From NCBI GenBank assembly GCA_964369945.1, contig CAYJHO010000005.1:1-63673 (forward strand): a DNA stretch of 63,673 nt. Reading direction: 5' to 3'. The notes beneath the pieces are model-generated. The model was not told where the DNA came from, did no database searches, and saw only the letters and a list, made by a program, of their open reading frames with translations. This stretch comes from an uncultured Lachnospiraceae bacterium. GTDB taxonomy: Bacteria > Bacillota > Clostridia > Lachnospirales > Lachnospiraceae. This document shows, piece by piece, positions 1 to 8,869 of this stretch (its first letter is position 1; every line of letters starts with the position of its first letter). The position numbers and the translations under genes are program-made.

Positions 1-62
1 TCAGTCGGTAGAGCAGTGGACTGAAAATCCACGTGTCGCTGGTTCGATTCCGGCTCTGGGCA
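1..62 (+). tRNA. tRNA-Phe (anticodon GAA), 5' end cut by the window edge
   Basis: The anticodon arm GTGGA-CTGAAAA-TCCAC carries GAA. The T-arm is GGTTCGATTCC and the acceptor 3' strand ends in a discriminator A at 62. It closely resembles Bacillus tRNA-Phe. CCA is not encoded and a T-run follows. Confidence 0.85.
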
Positions 63-253
63 TTTTTAAATGGAACACAATCAAATGAGAAGTCTTCCAG
101 GTAAATATTGATTAGACCACCGATTACGGGAATGGCCATACGGACAGCCGGGTCAACTGCCGAATACAGCAAGAAATTGCTGTACTATTGATTGAGTATA
201 TGCTCTGTTTTTTAAGTTGGTTACTATAAACCATGTCAAACGACAAATCTAAC

Positions 254-282
254 TTGTAAAACAATCAATAAGAGTGGTAAAA
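254..282 (+). promoter_or_regulatory. Candidate sigma-A promoter for the polyamine operon leader (TTGTAA-N17-TGnTAAAAG)
   Basis: The -35-like TTGTAA lies at 254-259. A 17-nt spacer follows, then TG at 274-275 and TAAAAG at 277-282. Confidence 0.35.
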
Positions 283-343
283 GTAATATTTGCTATATAG
301 ACTCTATATACCGAACATAAGTGAGGAGATTGGTGATTGTAAT

Positions 344-373
344 GCAAGGACGATGGACGTTCTTGCTTTTTTT
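344..373 (+). terminator. Intrinsic terminator-like hairpin inside the speA leader (possible attenuator)
   Basis: GCAAGGACG/CGTTCTTGC forms a 9-bp stem with one G-U pair and loop ATGGA at 344-366. Seven Ts follow at 367-373. It sits about 70 nt upstream of the speA ATG. Confidence 0.6.
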
Positions 374-444
374 GTGTATAAAACTACATGTAACAAAAGG
401 CAGTGCAAATTTATGAATATGAATGCTTCGAAATGGAGGAAAAA

Positions 445-1890
445 ATGTCAAGACAAGATCGTGCACCTATATATGAGGCTTTGGAAGAATTTAGAAAAAA
501 TAGAGTAGTACCTTTTGATGTACCTGGTCACAAAAGGGGAAGGGGTAATCCTGAATTAGTAAAATTATTAGGGAAACAATGTGTAGAGTTAGACGTAAAC
601 TCCATGAAACCATTGGACAATTTGTGTCATCCTACTTCTGTTATTAAAGAGGCAGAAGAGTTAGCAGCAGAAGCTTTTGGAGCAGCCCATGCTTTTCTGA
701 TGGTTGGAGGAACTACCTCATCCGTGCAGACTATGGTGTTGACTGCATGTAAGAAGGGCGACAAGATTATTTTGCCTAGAAATGTACATAGAAGTGTAAT
801 CAATGCTCTAGTAATCAATGGAGCGATTCCAATCTATGTAAATCCAGATATGGATAAGAAATTAGGTATTGCCTTAGGTATGAAAATTTCACAGATCGAA
901 AAGGCGATTGAAGAAAATCCAGATGCAGTAGCTATCTTGGTAAATAATCCAACCTATTATGGTATCTGCTCAAATTTAAAGAAAATTGTAGAAGTGGCAC
1001 ATACTAATAATATGTTAGTCTTAGTAGATGAGGCTCATGGAACACATTTTTACTTTGGTGATGATATGCCAATTTCTGCTATGGCAGCTGGAGCCGATAT
1101 GGCCTCTATTAGTATGCATAAATCTGGGGGAAGTTTAACTCAAAGTTCCTTTCTTTTAACGGGTGAAAATGTAAGCCCTGGTTATGTAAGACAGGTGATT
1201 AACTTAACTCAAACCACCAGTGCATCTTATCTCTTGCTAGCTAGTTTGGATATTTCAAGAAGAAACTTAGCACTAAAGGGAAGAGAAGCTCTTGCTGAAG
1301 TAGAAAAGATTGCAGCATATGCAAGAACCGAAATTAATAAAATCGGTGGCTATTATGCCTATGGTGAGGAATTGATCAATGGCGATAGTATTTATGATTT
1401 TGATACCACGAAAGTAACTGTGTTTACTTTAGATTTGGGCTTGGCTGGTATTGAAGTTTATGACTTACTTCGAGATGAATACGATATACAAGTAGAATTA
1501 GGGGATATTGGAAATATCCTAGCCTATATCTCTATTGGAGATAGAATGAGAGAAACAGAGCGACTATTAAGCGCCCTTTATGATATTCGTAGACGTTACC
1601 GTAAGGATAAGACTGGGATGTTTGACCACGAATATATCAATCCGACCGTGGTAATGACTCCACAAGAAGCCTTTTATGCAGCAAAGGAAGAAATGATTCC
1701 GATTGAGCAAACAGATGGAAGGATTTGTACAGAGTTTGTTATGTGTTATCCACCCGGGATACCAATTTTAGCGCCAGGTGAGAGAATTACCCAAGAGATT
1801 ATTGACTATATTATGTATGCAAAAAGTAAAGGCTGCTCTATTACTGGTCCTGAGGATGAAAAGATAGAGAGATTAAATGTAATTAAGTAG
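445..1890 (+). CDS. speA: PLP-dependent Orn/Lys/Arg decarboxylase family protein, probably a biosynthetic arginine decarboxylase
   Basis: The ORF contains the SMHKSGGSLTQSS PLP-lysine motif and VPGHKRG. GGAGGA precedes the ATG at 445, and the ORF-track start at 403 is an upstream GTG. The operon context includes agmatinase. Confidence 0.8.
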   Translation: MSRQDRAPIYEALEEFRKNRVVPFDVPGHKRGRGNPELVKLLGKQCVELDVNSMKPLDNLCHPTSVIKEAEELAAEAFGAAHAFLMVGGTTSSVQTMVLTACKKGDKIILPRNVHRSVINALVINGAIPIYVNPDMDKKLGIALGMKISQIEKAIEENPDAVAILVNNPTYYGICSNLKKIVEVAHTNNMLVLVDEAHGTHFYFGDDMPISAMAAGADMASISMHKSGGSLTQSSFLLTGENVSPGYVRQVINLTQTTSASYLLLASLDISRRNLALKGREALAEVEKIAAYARTEINKIGGYYAYGEELINGDSIYDFDTTKVTVFTLDLGLAGIEVYDLLRDEYDIQVELGDIGNILAYISIGDRMRETERLLSALYDIRRRYRKDKTGMFDHEYINPTVVMTPQEAFYAAKEEMIPIEQTDGRICTEFVMCYPPGIPILAPGERITQEIIDYIMYAKSKGCSITGPEDEKIERLNVIK

Positions 1891-1899
1891 GAGGTCAGT

Positions 1900-2763
1900 A
1901 TGGACTTTTGGTTTAGTGAAATGCATTCACCAGGCGCCAAATTATCGATTCGTGTGGATAAGCATTTATACAGTGAAGAAAATGATTATATCCGATTGGA
2001 TATTTTTGAATCTCCAGAATTTGGAAGGTTTTTGACCGTAGATGGTTATATTATTTTAACAGAAAGAGATGAGTTTATTTACCATGAAATGTTGACTCAT
2101 ATTCCGATGGCAGTACATCCAGATCCAAGAAAAATCCTAGTTTTTGGTGCTGGAGATGGAGGAGTAGTACGAGAACTATTAAAATATCCAAATATTGAGA
2201 GAATTGATATGGTAGAAGTAAACGAGGGTGTTGTGGAGGCTAGTAAAAAGTATTTGCCATTTACAGCCTGTGGCTTAGAAGATGAGAGAGTTAGTATCAT
2301 CTCGGATAATTGCTTACGTTTTATACGACATATTGAAAACGAATACGATGTAATTATCGTAGACTCTGCAGGATTCTACGGCCCAGGAGAAAGTTTGCTT
2401 TCTAGAGAGTTTTATGGAAGCTGCTATAAAGCTTTAAAAGAAGATGGAATTATGGTGAATCAGCATCAAAGTCCATTTTATGAAGATGATAGAATTGAGA
2501 CACAAAAGGCTCATAAGCGTATTTTAGAGAACTTTCCGATTTCTAGAGTATACCAAGCACATATTCCATCTTATCCATCAGGGTATTGGTTGTTTGGCTA
2601 TGCATCTAAAAGTTATCATCCTGTGAATGACCTTAGTGTGAGAAATTGGAAAAGTTTAGGGATTGAAACTAGATACTATACTACAAATCTTCATAAGGGG
2701 TGTTTTGCACTTCCTGCATATGTTGAGAAAATGCTAGAAGATGTAGAAAATATTCCAGATTAA
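1900..2763 (+). CDS. speE: Spermidine synthase (aminopropyltransferase)
   Basis: The ORF has the spermidine synthase signature VFGAGDGGVVRELLKY and DVIIVDS. An AGGAGG RBS precedes it, 9 nt after the speA stop. Confidence 0.9.
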   Translation: MDFWFSEMHSPGAKLSIRVDKHLYSEENDYIRLDIFESPEFGRFLTVDGYIILTERDEFIYHEMLTHIPMAVHPDPRKILVFGAGDGGVVRELLKYPNIERIDMVEVNEGVVEASKKYLPFTACGLEDERVSIISDNCLRFIRHIENEYDVIIVDSAGFYGPGESLLSREFYGSCYKALKEDGIMVNQHQSPFYEDDRIETQKAHKRILENFPISRVYQAHIPSYPSGYWLFGYASKSYHPVNDLSVRNWKSLGIETRYYTTNLHKGCFALPAYVEKMLEDVENIPD

Positions 2764-2780
2764 GGATAGAAAGAGAAATT

Positions 2781-3638
2781 ATGTTAAATAAAAATATAGA
2801 AACATTTATTGCTTGTGATTGTGAATATGAGGAAGCGAAAGTGGTGTTGTTTGGTGCACCTTTTGATTCAACTACCTCAAATCGACCAGGAACAAGATTT
2901 GCTAGTAAAGCAATTCGTGGAGAGTCTTTTGGATTAGAGACCTACAGTCCTTATTTAGATAAAGATCTAGAAGATGCAAAAGTTTTTGATAGTGGGGATA
3001 TTGAATTATGCTTTGGAAATGCAAGAAAAGCATTGGATCAAATTGCTGAAAGAACTAGGACGATTTTAGAAGATGGAAAGATCCCTTTTATGATTGGTGG
3101 AGAGCACTTGGTTAGCTTAGGGGCTTTCGAAGAAATAGCAAAAGAGTATCCCGAAGTACATATCATTCACTTTGATGCACATGCTGATTTGCGAGATGAG
3201 TATCTAGAAGCACCCTTATCTCATGCTTGCGTGATTAGAAGATGTCATGATATTGTAGGGGATGGAAGGATTTTTCAATTTGGAATTCGATCTGGAGAAA
3301 AATCAGAGTTTTATTGGGCAAAAGAAGGGCATACTACTATGCGTAAATTTGATTTTCAAGGTTTGGCTGAGGTAGTAAATTCTTTAAAAGGAAAACCAAT
3401 CTATTTTACGATAGATTTAGATGTGTTAGATCCTTCTATCTTTCCAGGAACAGGAACTCCAGAAGCAGGCGGAGTTAGTTTCTTAGAATTGATTGAAGCA
3501 ATTAGGGTAGTTTGTAAAGAAAGTAAAATTGTAGGTTGTGACGTTAATGAGCTTAGTCCTTCTTATGATTTAAGTGGAGTTTCCACAGCAGTAGCATGTA
3601 AAGTAGTGCGAGAATTTTTATTATCCTTAGAAGTATAG
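2781..3638 (+). CDS. speB: Agmatinase (ureohydrolase family)
   Basis: Arginase-family Mn-binding motifs are present: GGEHLVS, HFDAHADL and DLDVLDPSIFPGTGTPEAGG. Confidence 0.9.
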   Translation: MLNKNIETFIACDCEYEEAKVVLFGAPFDSTTSNRPGTRFASKAIRGESFGLETYSPYLDKDLEDAKVFDSGDIELCFGNARKALDQIAERTRTILEDGKIPFMIGGEHLVSLGAFEEIAKEYPEVHIIHFDAHADLRDEYLEAPLSHACVIRRCHDIVGDGRIFQFGIRSGEKSEFYWAKEGHTTMRKFDFQGLAEVVNSLKGKPIYFTIDLDVLDPSIFPGTGTPEAGGVSFLELIEAIRVVCKESKIVGCDVNELSPSYDLSGVSTAVACKVVREFLLSLEV

Positions 3639-3663
3639 TGTTATGGATAGAAAGGAATAGAGA

Positions 3664-4923
3664 ATGGGTAAATTATTAGTAATTGGTTGTGGTGGAGTTG
3701 CAGGAGTAGCAATCACAAAATGTGCAATGAATGCATCTGTATTTGATGAAATTTGCATTGCAAGTAGAACAGTAAGTAAATGTGAGGATTTGAAGAGTGT
3801 TTTAGAAACCAAGACAAGTGCAAAAATAACAACAGAACAAGTGGACGCTGATAAAGTAGAAGAAGTGGTTGCTTTGATCAACAAAGTTAAGCCAGAAGTT
3901 GTATTAAATTTGGCACTTCCTTATCAAGATCTAGCGATTATGGATGCATGTTTAGAAACCGGTGTGCACTATGTAGATACAGCGAACTATGAAGCAGAAG
4001 ATACCGAAGATAAAGAGTGGAGAGCTATTTACGAAGCACGTTGTGAAAAAGAAGGATTTACAGCATATTTTGATTATTCATGGCAGTGGGCATATAAAGA
4101 AAAATTTGAAAAAGCAGGGCTCATGGCGCTTCTTGGAAGTGGATTTGACCCAGGTGTAACTAGTGTATTTTCTGCTTATGCCTTAAAGCATTATTTTGAT
4201 GAAATTCATTATATAGATATTTTGGATTGTAATGGTGGAGATCATGGATATCCATTTGCTACCAATTTCAATCCAGAAATTAACCTAAGAGAAGTATCAG
4301 CGAATGGTTCTTATTGGGAAAACGGTGCTTGGGTAGAGACTCATCCAATGGAAATTAAAAGAGAATACAATTTTGATGGTGTAGGAATGAAAGATATGTA
4401 TTTATTGCACCATGAAGAAATTGAGTCTTTAGCACAAAATATTCCTGGAGTAAAGAGAATTCGTTTCTTTATGACTTTTGGACAAAGCTATTTGACACAT
4501 ATGAAATGTTTAGAAAATGTAGGATTATTAGGAACTGCACCAATCGATTTTAATGGACAAGAAATAGTACCTATTCAATTTTTGAAGGCTATGTTACCAG
4601 ATCCAGCATCTCTAGGACCTAGAACAAAAGGAAAAACAAATATTGGTTGTATCTTTACTGGAATCAAAGATGGTGTAGAAAAGTCGATTTATATTTATAA
4701 TATCTGTGATCATGAAGAGTGTTACAAAGAAGTAGGTTCACAAGCTATCTCTTACACAACTGGTGTACCGGCTATGATAGGTGCTATGTTAGTGATGAAT
4801 GGAACATGGAAAAAGGCAGGAGTATTTAACTTAGAAGAGCTTGATCCAGATCCATTTATGGAAGCATTAAACGAGTGGGGATTACCATGGGTAGTTTGTG
4901 AGAATCCTACTTTGGTAGAGTAA
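3664..4923 (+). CDS. Carboxy(nor)spermidine dehydrogenase (saccharopine dehydrogenase family)
   Basis: The N-terminal Rossmann motif is LVIGCGGVAGV. The protein is 419 aa with a saccharopine-dehydrogenase-like C-terminal domain. It is translationally coupled to the decarboxylase that follows. Confidence 0.8.
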   Translation: MGKLLVIGCGGVAGVAITKCAMNASVFDEICIASRTVSKCEDLKSVLETKTSAKITTEQVDADKVEEVVALINKVKPEVVLNLALPYQDLAIMDACLETGVHYVDTANYEAEDTEDKEWRAIYEARCEKEGFTAYFDYSWQWAYKEKFEKAGLMALLGSGFDPGVTSVFSAYALKHYFDEIHYIDILDCNGGDHGYPFATNFNPEINLREVSANGSYWENGAWVETHPMEIKREYNFDGVGMKDMYLLHHEEIESLAQNIPGVKRIRFFMTFGQSYLTHMKCLENVGLLGTAPIDFNGQEIVPIQFLKAMLPDPASLGPRTKGKTNIGCIFTGIKDGVEKSIYIYNICDHEECYKEVGSQAISYTTGVPAMIGAMLVMNGTWKKAGVFNLEELDPDPFMEALNEWGLPWVVCENPTLVE

Positions 4924-4924
4924 T

Positions 4925-6073
4925 ATGAAGGCTTTTGAACAAGTACAGACTCCATGCTATATCATCGATGCGGATTTAATACAGAAAAATCTTGAAGTAT
5001 TAAGCGCAGTAAGAGAGCATACGGGCTGCAAGATTATTTTGGCACAAAAGGCGTTTAGCAATTATGGATTATATCCATTGATTGCTCAGTACCTAGATGG
5101 TGCCACTGCCAGTGGGATTTTTGAGGCGAAGCTTTGCCATGAGGAAATGCCAGAGCATATGGAAAATCATATTTTTTCTCCAGCATTTCAAGAAAAGGAT
5201 ATGGGAGAGATCTTAAGTGTTTGTGACCATATTGTCTTTAATTCTATGAGGCAACTTGAATTGTTTGGTGCTAGAGCAAAATCAGCAGGATTACAAGTAG
5301 GGCTTAGAGTAAATCCAGAGAAATCCACACAAGAGGGCCATGCTATTTATGACCCTTGTGCACCGGGGAGCCGTTTGGGGACTAGTTTGGTAGAATTTAA
5401 GTCGGGATTAGAGAAAAATCCTGAGTTACTTGAACTATTAGATGGTTTGCACTTTCATACTCTGTGCCAGCAAGATTCTGATGACTTGAAAATAACCTTA
5501 GATGCAGTAGAAGATAAATTTGGGTGCTATTTAAGTAATATGTCTTGGATCAATTTTGGTGGAGGTCATCATATTACAAGGCCAAATTATAATATTTCAC
5601 AACTAGAAGAATGTATTTTGCATATGAAACAAAAATATGAACTGCAAGTGTATGTAGAGCCGGGAGAAGCAGTAGCTTTGAATGCAGGTTTTCTAGTTTC
5701 TACGGTACTTGAAATTCAGGATAAAGAAAATACAATCGCTATTTTGGATACTTCAGCTGCTTGCCATATGCCAGATGTTTTAGAAATGCCATATAGGCCA
5801 CCAGTACAAAATAGTGGTGAAGCTTATGAATTAGCGAATACCTATACCTTTGGTGGACCCACTTGTCTAGCAGGGGATATTATAGGAACATATTCTTTTG
5901 AAACTAGCTTAGAAGCGGGGGATCGTATTGTTTTTGAAGATATGGCAATATATTCGATGGTGAAAAATAACACCTTTAACGGAATGCCTCTGCCAAGCAT
6001 TTATATCAAACAAGGTGATGAATGTAAACTTTGGAAAGAATTTAATTATGAGGATTTTAAACAAAGATTATAA
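4925..6073 (+). CDS. nspC: Carboxy(nor)spermidine decarboxylase
   Basis: The ORF resembles an alanine-racemase-fold decarboxylase: TPCYIID, FGGGHHIT, EPGEAV and GGPTCLAGD. Its start is one nucleotide after the preceding stop (TAA-T-ATG). Confidence 0.85.
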   Translation: MKAFEQVQTPCYIIDADLIQKNLEVLSAVREHTGCKIILAQKAFSNYGLYPLIAQYLDGATASGIFEAKLCHEEMPEHMENHIFSPAFQEKDMGEILSVCDHIVFNSMRQLELFGARAKSAGLQVGLRVNPEKSTQEGHAIYDPCAPGSRLGTSLVEFKSGLEKNPELLELLDGLHFHTLCQQDSDDLKITLDAVEDKFGCYLSNMSWINFGGGHHITRPNYNISQLEECILHMKQKYELQVYVEPGEAVALNAGFLVSTVLEIQDKENTIAILDTSAACHMPDVLEMPYRPPVQNSGEAYELANTYTFGGPTCLAGDIIGTYSFETSLEAGDRIVFEDMAIYSMVKNNTFNGMPLPSIYIKQGDECKLWKEFNYEDFKQRL

Positions 6074-6172
6074 AATAGAATGTTTTTGAATAAACTGGTC
6101 ATACTAATGGTAAATTACCAAAGAAATGTTTTTACAACCTTCAAATGTTATTTGGAGCTGAAAGGAGAAGAC

Positions 6173-6439
6173 ATGGATAGTAGGACGGTTCAAGAGCGAG
6201 AGCATTTATATGTAATCGAGTTAGAACTTCATGATTTCAAGAAAGAGCAAATTAGTATTTATGAAGAAAAGGGCTACATTAGAATCTATGCAGGTACGAA
6301 TCAAAAGAGAATCTACGTCGGAAATGAAATATCTAGAAGCGGGATACGGGCTGCATTTAGTCATAATATTTTAAAGATTATGATTCCGAAGGGGGATGCT
6401 TTGAAAGAAGAGCATATGATTAAGATTGATGTAGTTTAA
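6173..6439 (+). CDS. Small Hsp20/alpha-crystallin-like protein (88 aa, minimal domain)
   Basis: AAAGGAG precedes the ATG at 6173. The pattern LYVIELELHDFKKEQISIY...GIRAAFSHNILKIMIPK matches the beta-sandwich core layout of small heat-shock proteins. The region upstream of the ORF-track start looks non-coding. Confidence 0.5.
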   Translation: MDSRTVQEREHLYVIELELHDFKKEQISIYEEKGYIRIYAGTNQKRIYVGNEISRSGIRAAFSHNILKIMIPKGDALKEEHMIKIDVV

Positions 6440-6448
6440 GGGAATCAA

Positions 6449-7600
6449 ATGAAACAAAAATATGGAATTATTTTGCTTCATCTTTTGATTGTTGTATATG
6501 GAATTTCTACTCTTTGGTTATATTATAATCAATCAGTGGCAGATCTTAGTGCAGAGGTGATTCGGTTTCAATCCGATTTGCCTCTGCATATTAGTATGAT
6601 AATTGAAGATGGATGGTTTTATAGCTTTACGGCCTATGCCTACTACGCCCTATATTATTTAGGAGGCCACAGTACGGTGGGTATCGCTTTGTTATTATCT
6701 ATTTGTAGTGTAGGGAGTATTTATGCAACAGAACGGCTAATTTCTTATATAAGGAAAAAAGATAAGAAGTTTGAACATTTATTACTTGCACTTTCTTTGA
6801 ACTTTGTCATGCCAATATTTATTGATTATATTGGAGAATTTCGCTATGTAAGCTATCAATCAGGAAGTATCTGGCATAATTCAACCTATATAGTGATGAA
6901 GTTGTTTGCAATACTCAGTGTGCTAGCTTATCTGCAATTAGAAAAGAAGTATAGAGAAGGACTTACTTGGAAACAGTGGCTATATTATTCGCTACTAGTA
7001 ACTACTACAACAGGTATTAAGCCTAGTTTTCTTTTAGTTTTTTCACCAATAGTGGGGATATTCTTATTATATGATTTAATACATGGGGTGAAATTTAAGC
7101 AAATATTTATGTTTGGATCAGCACTCTTACCCTCAGGACTTGTGATTTTATGGCAGAATATGGTACTTTTTGGAAGTGATACGGGAAGTGGAATTGAAAT
7201 TCAAGCTTGGATGACTTTTTCCTTGCATACAGCAATTCCTAAGTTAGCAGTACTTTGCTCCGTTTTATTTTGTACTTTGATTGTTCTTGGAACAGCCAAA
7301 AAACTTATTCGGGATCGTATGTATTTATTTGTTGTATTGATGGCGATTCTAGGGTTTTTACAAGCCTTATGTATTGTGGAAAGTGGTCACCGCGTAGTAG
7401 ATGGAAACTTCCTTTGGGGCTATAGTGTCGCATTATTCTTCTTATTCACTATTTGTGCATGTAAATGGTTAGAAATGGAAAATAAAGGGCTACATAGACT
7501 GATTAAGTGGGGGGCAGGTATTGTTTATCTGTGGCATGTAAGTTGTGGCTTGTATTTCTATGTAGAATTATTAGCAGGAGAGAGTTATTGGATGAGATAG
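6449..7600 (+). CDS. Polytopic membrane protein of unknown function (at least 10 predicted TM segments, possibly GT-C-like)
   Basis: The 383-aa ORF is almost entirely hydrophobic helices. I recognise no soluble domain. Confidence 0.55.
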   Translation: MKQKYGIILLHLLIVVYGISTLWLYYNQSVADLSAEVIRFQSDLPLHISMIIEDGWFYSFTAYAYYALYYLGGHSTVGIALLLSICSVGSIYATERLISYIRKKDKKFEHLLLALSLNFVMPIFIDYIGEFRYVSYQSGSIWHNSTYIVMKLFAILSVLAYLQLEKKYREGLTWKQWLYYSLLVTTTTGIKPSFLLVFSPIVGIFLLYDLIHGVKFKQIFMFGSALLPSGLVILWQNMVLFGSDTGSGIEIQAWMTFSLHTAIPKLAVLCSVLFCTLIVLGTAKKLIRDRMYLFVVLMAILGFLQALCIVESGHRVVDGNFLWGYSVALFFLFTICACKWLEMENKGLHRLIKWGAGIVYLWHVSCGLYFYVELLAGESYWMR

Positions 7601-7604
7601 AGAT

Positions 7605-7664
7605 AGGCAGCCTCGAAAATCAGGTGCATAGGAATGCACGGTTTTCGAGGCTGCCTCTATTTTG
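7605..7664. terminator. Bidirectional intrinsic terminator between convergent genes
   Basis: AGGCAGCCTCGAAAA at 7605-7619 pairs with TTTTCGAGGCTGCCT at 7642-7656. An inner GTGCAT/ATGCAC stem is present, and the flanks are A/T-rich. Confidence 0.8.
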
Positions 7665-7668
7665 TGAT

Positions 7669-8859
7669 TTATGGAATCATTTCATCGTTGTTATAGCGTG
7701 ATACTACTTTTTGGATTCTCTCTACTGGATCTAATAGATCGCTAATAGAAGCATCATGATTTAGGGTATCTACCAAATAAGCAATGTATTTACTTAAGTC
7801 AGTGCTGATATACCATTCTTTATTCAATAATTCTGGAGTTTGATAAATCAAATTAGTAGTAAGAATTCTATCAATCAATCCATCTTCATATGCCTTATCA
7901 AAAGCTTCTAAGCCATTTGTAAATAAACCAAAGGTTGAGAAAACAAAGACTCTCTTAGCCTTTCTCTCCTTTAATTGTGTTGCAACATCGAGGATAGAAT
8001 CACCAGATGATATCATATCATCGATAATAATCATATCTTTTCCTTCTACGCTTGATCCTAGGAATTCATGTTCAATAATTGGATTACGACCATTAACAAT
8101 GCGTGTATAGTCTCTTCTCTTATAGAACATACCCATATCTAAACCAAGTACATTCGCAGTATAAATAGCACGACCCATTCCACCTTCATCAGGAGAAATC
8201 ACCATCATGTGGTCAGAATCAATTTGAAGTCCCTTTACATTTTTAAGTAAAGCTTTGATAAATTGATATGCTGGACGTACTGTTTCAAATCCATGTAGTG
8301 GAATTGCATTTTGTACTCTAGGGTCATGAGCATCGAAAGTGATAATATTATCTACGCCCATTTTGATTAGTTCTTGTAAAGCAATGGCACAATCTAGAGA
8401 TTCACGTGTAGTGCGTTTGTGTTGGCGGCTTTCATATAAGAAAGGCATAATAACGGTAATTCTTCTAGCCTTACCCCCAACAGCAGCGATAATACGCTTT
8501 AAATCTTGGTAGTGGTCATCCGGTGACATGTGATTTTCTTTACCAAAAAGAGAATAGGTCAAACTATGGTTGGTCACATCTGCCATAATGAATAAGTCAT
8601 GTCCACGAACGGATTCTAAAATCACACCTTTCGCTTCTCCTGAACCAAAACGTGGAACCTTAGCATTGAGTACATAAGTAGGTCGTTGATAGCCATTAAA
8701 AGCTAAGCTGTCCTTGTGCTCGCTTTCTCTTTCGGTTCTCCAAGCAACAAGATATTTGTCAACTTTTTCTCCTAGCTCTTTGCATCCTTGCAAAGGAATC
8801 ATTCCTAAAGTACCAACAGGAATTGTATTTAAGTTTCTTTTTTCTTCACGAGTAGACAC
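7669..8859 (-). CDS. prs: Ribose-phosphate pyrophosphokinase (long form)
   Basis: The PRPP-binding loop MIIIDDMISSGDS, DAHD and RQHKR motifs are present. The protein is 396 aa with an N-terminal insertion. Confidence 0.85.
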   Translation of the reverse strand: MSTREEKRNLNTIPVGTLGMIPLQGCKELGEKVDKYLVAWRTERESEHKDSLAFNGYQRPTYVLNAKVPRFGSGEAKGVILESVRGHDLFIMADVTNHSLTYSLFGKENHMSPDDHYQDLKRIIAAVGGKARRITVIMPFLYESRQHKRTTRESLDCAIALQELIKMGVDNIITFDAHDPRVQNAIPLHGFETVRPAYQFIKALLKNVKGLQIDSDHMMVISPDEGGMGRAIYTANVLGLDMGMFYKRRDYTRIVNGRNPIIEHEFLGSSVEGKDMIIIDDMISSGDSILDVATQLKERKAKRVFVFSTFGLFTNGLEAFDKAYEDGLIDRILTTNLIYQTPELLNKEWYISTDLSKYIAYLVDTLNHDASISDLLDPVERIQKVVSRYNNDEMIP

Positions 8860-8869
8860 GTAAAAATCC

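Noticed and set aside
403-444. The GTG at 403 as the speA start, as given in the ORF track.
   Set aside because: The ATG at 445 is preceded by GGAGGA at ideal spacing. The alignment-relevant N-terminus (SRQDRAPIYEAL) begins there. The upstream extension has no RBS.
290-508. A 72-aa ORF in the track that spans the speA leader and start.
   Set aside because: It has no RBS. It crosses the terminator hairpin and overlaps the true speA start in another frame. Its composition is typical of a chance ORF in AT-rich DNA.
1-6100. The 3' end of tRNA-Phe as the border of an integrated genomic island.
   Set aside because: No integrase is present, and I saw no repeat of the tRNA 3' end anywhere in the window. 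The adjacent genes are a metabolic polyamine operon rather than island-type cargo.
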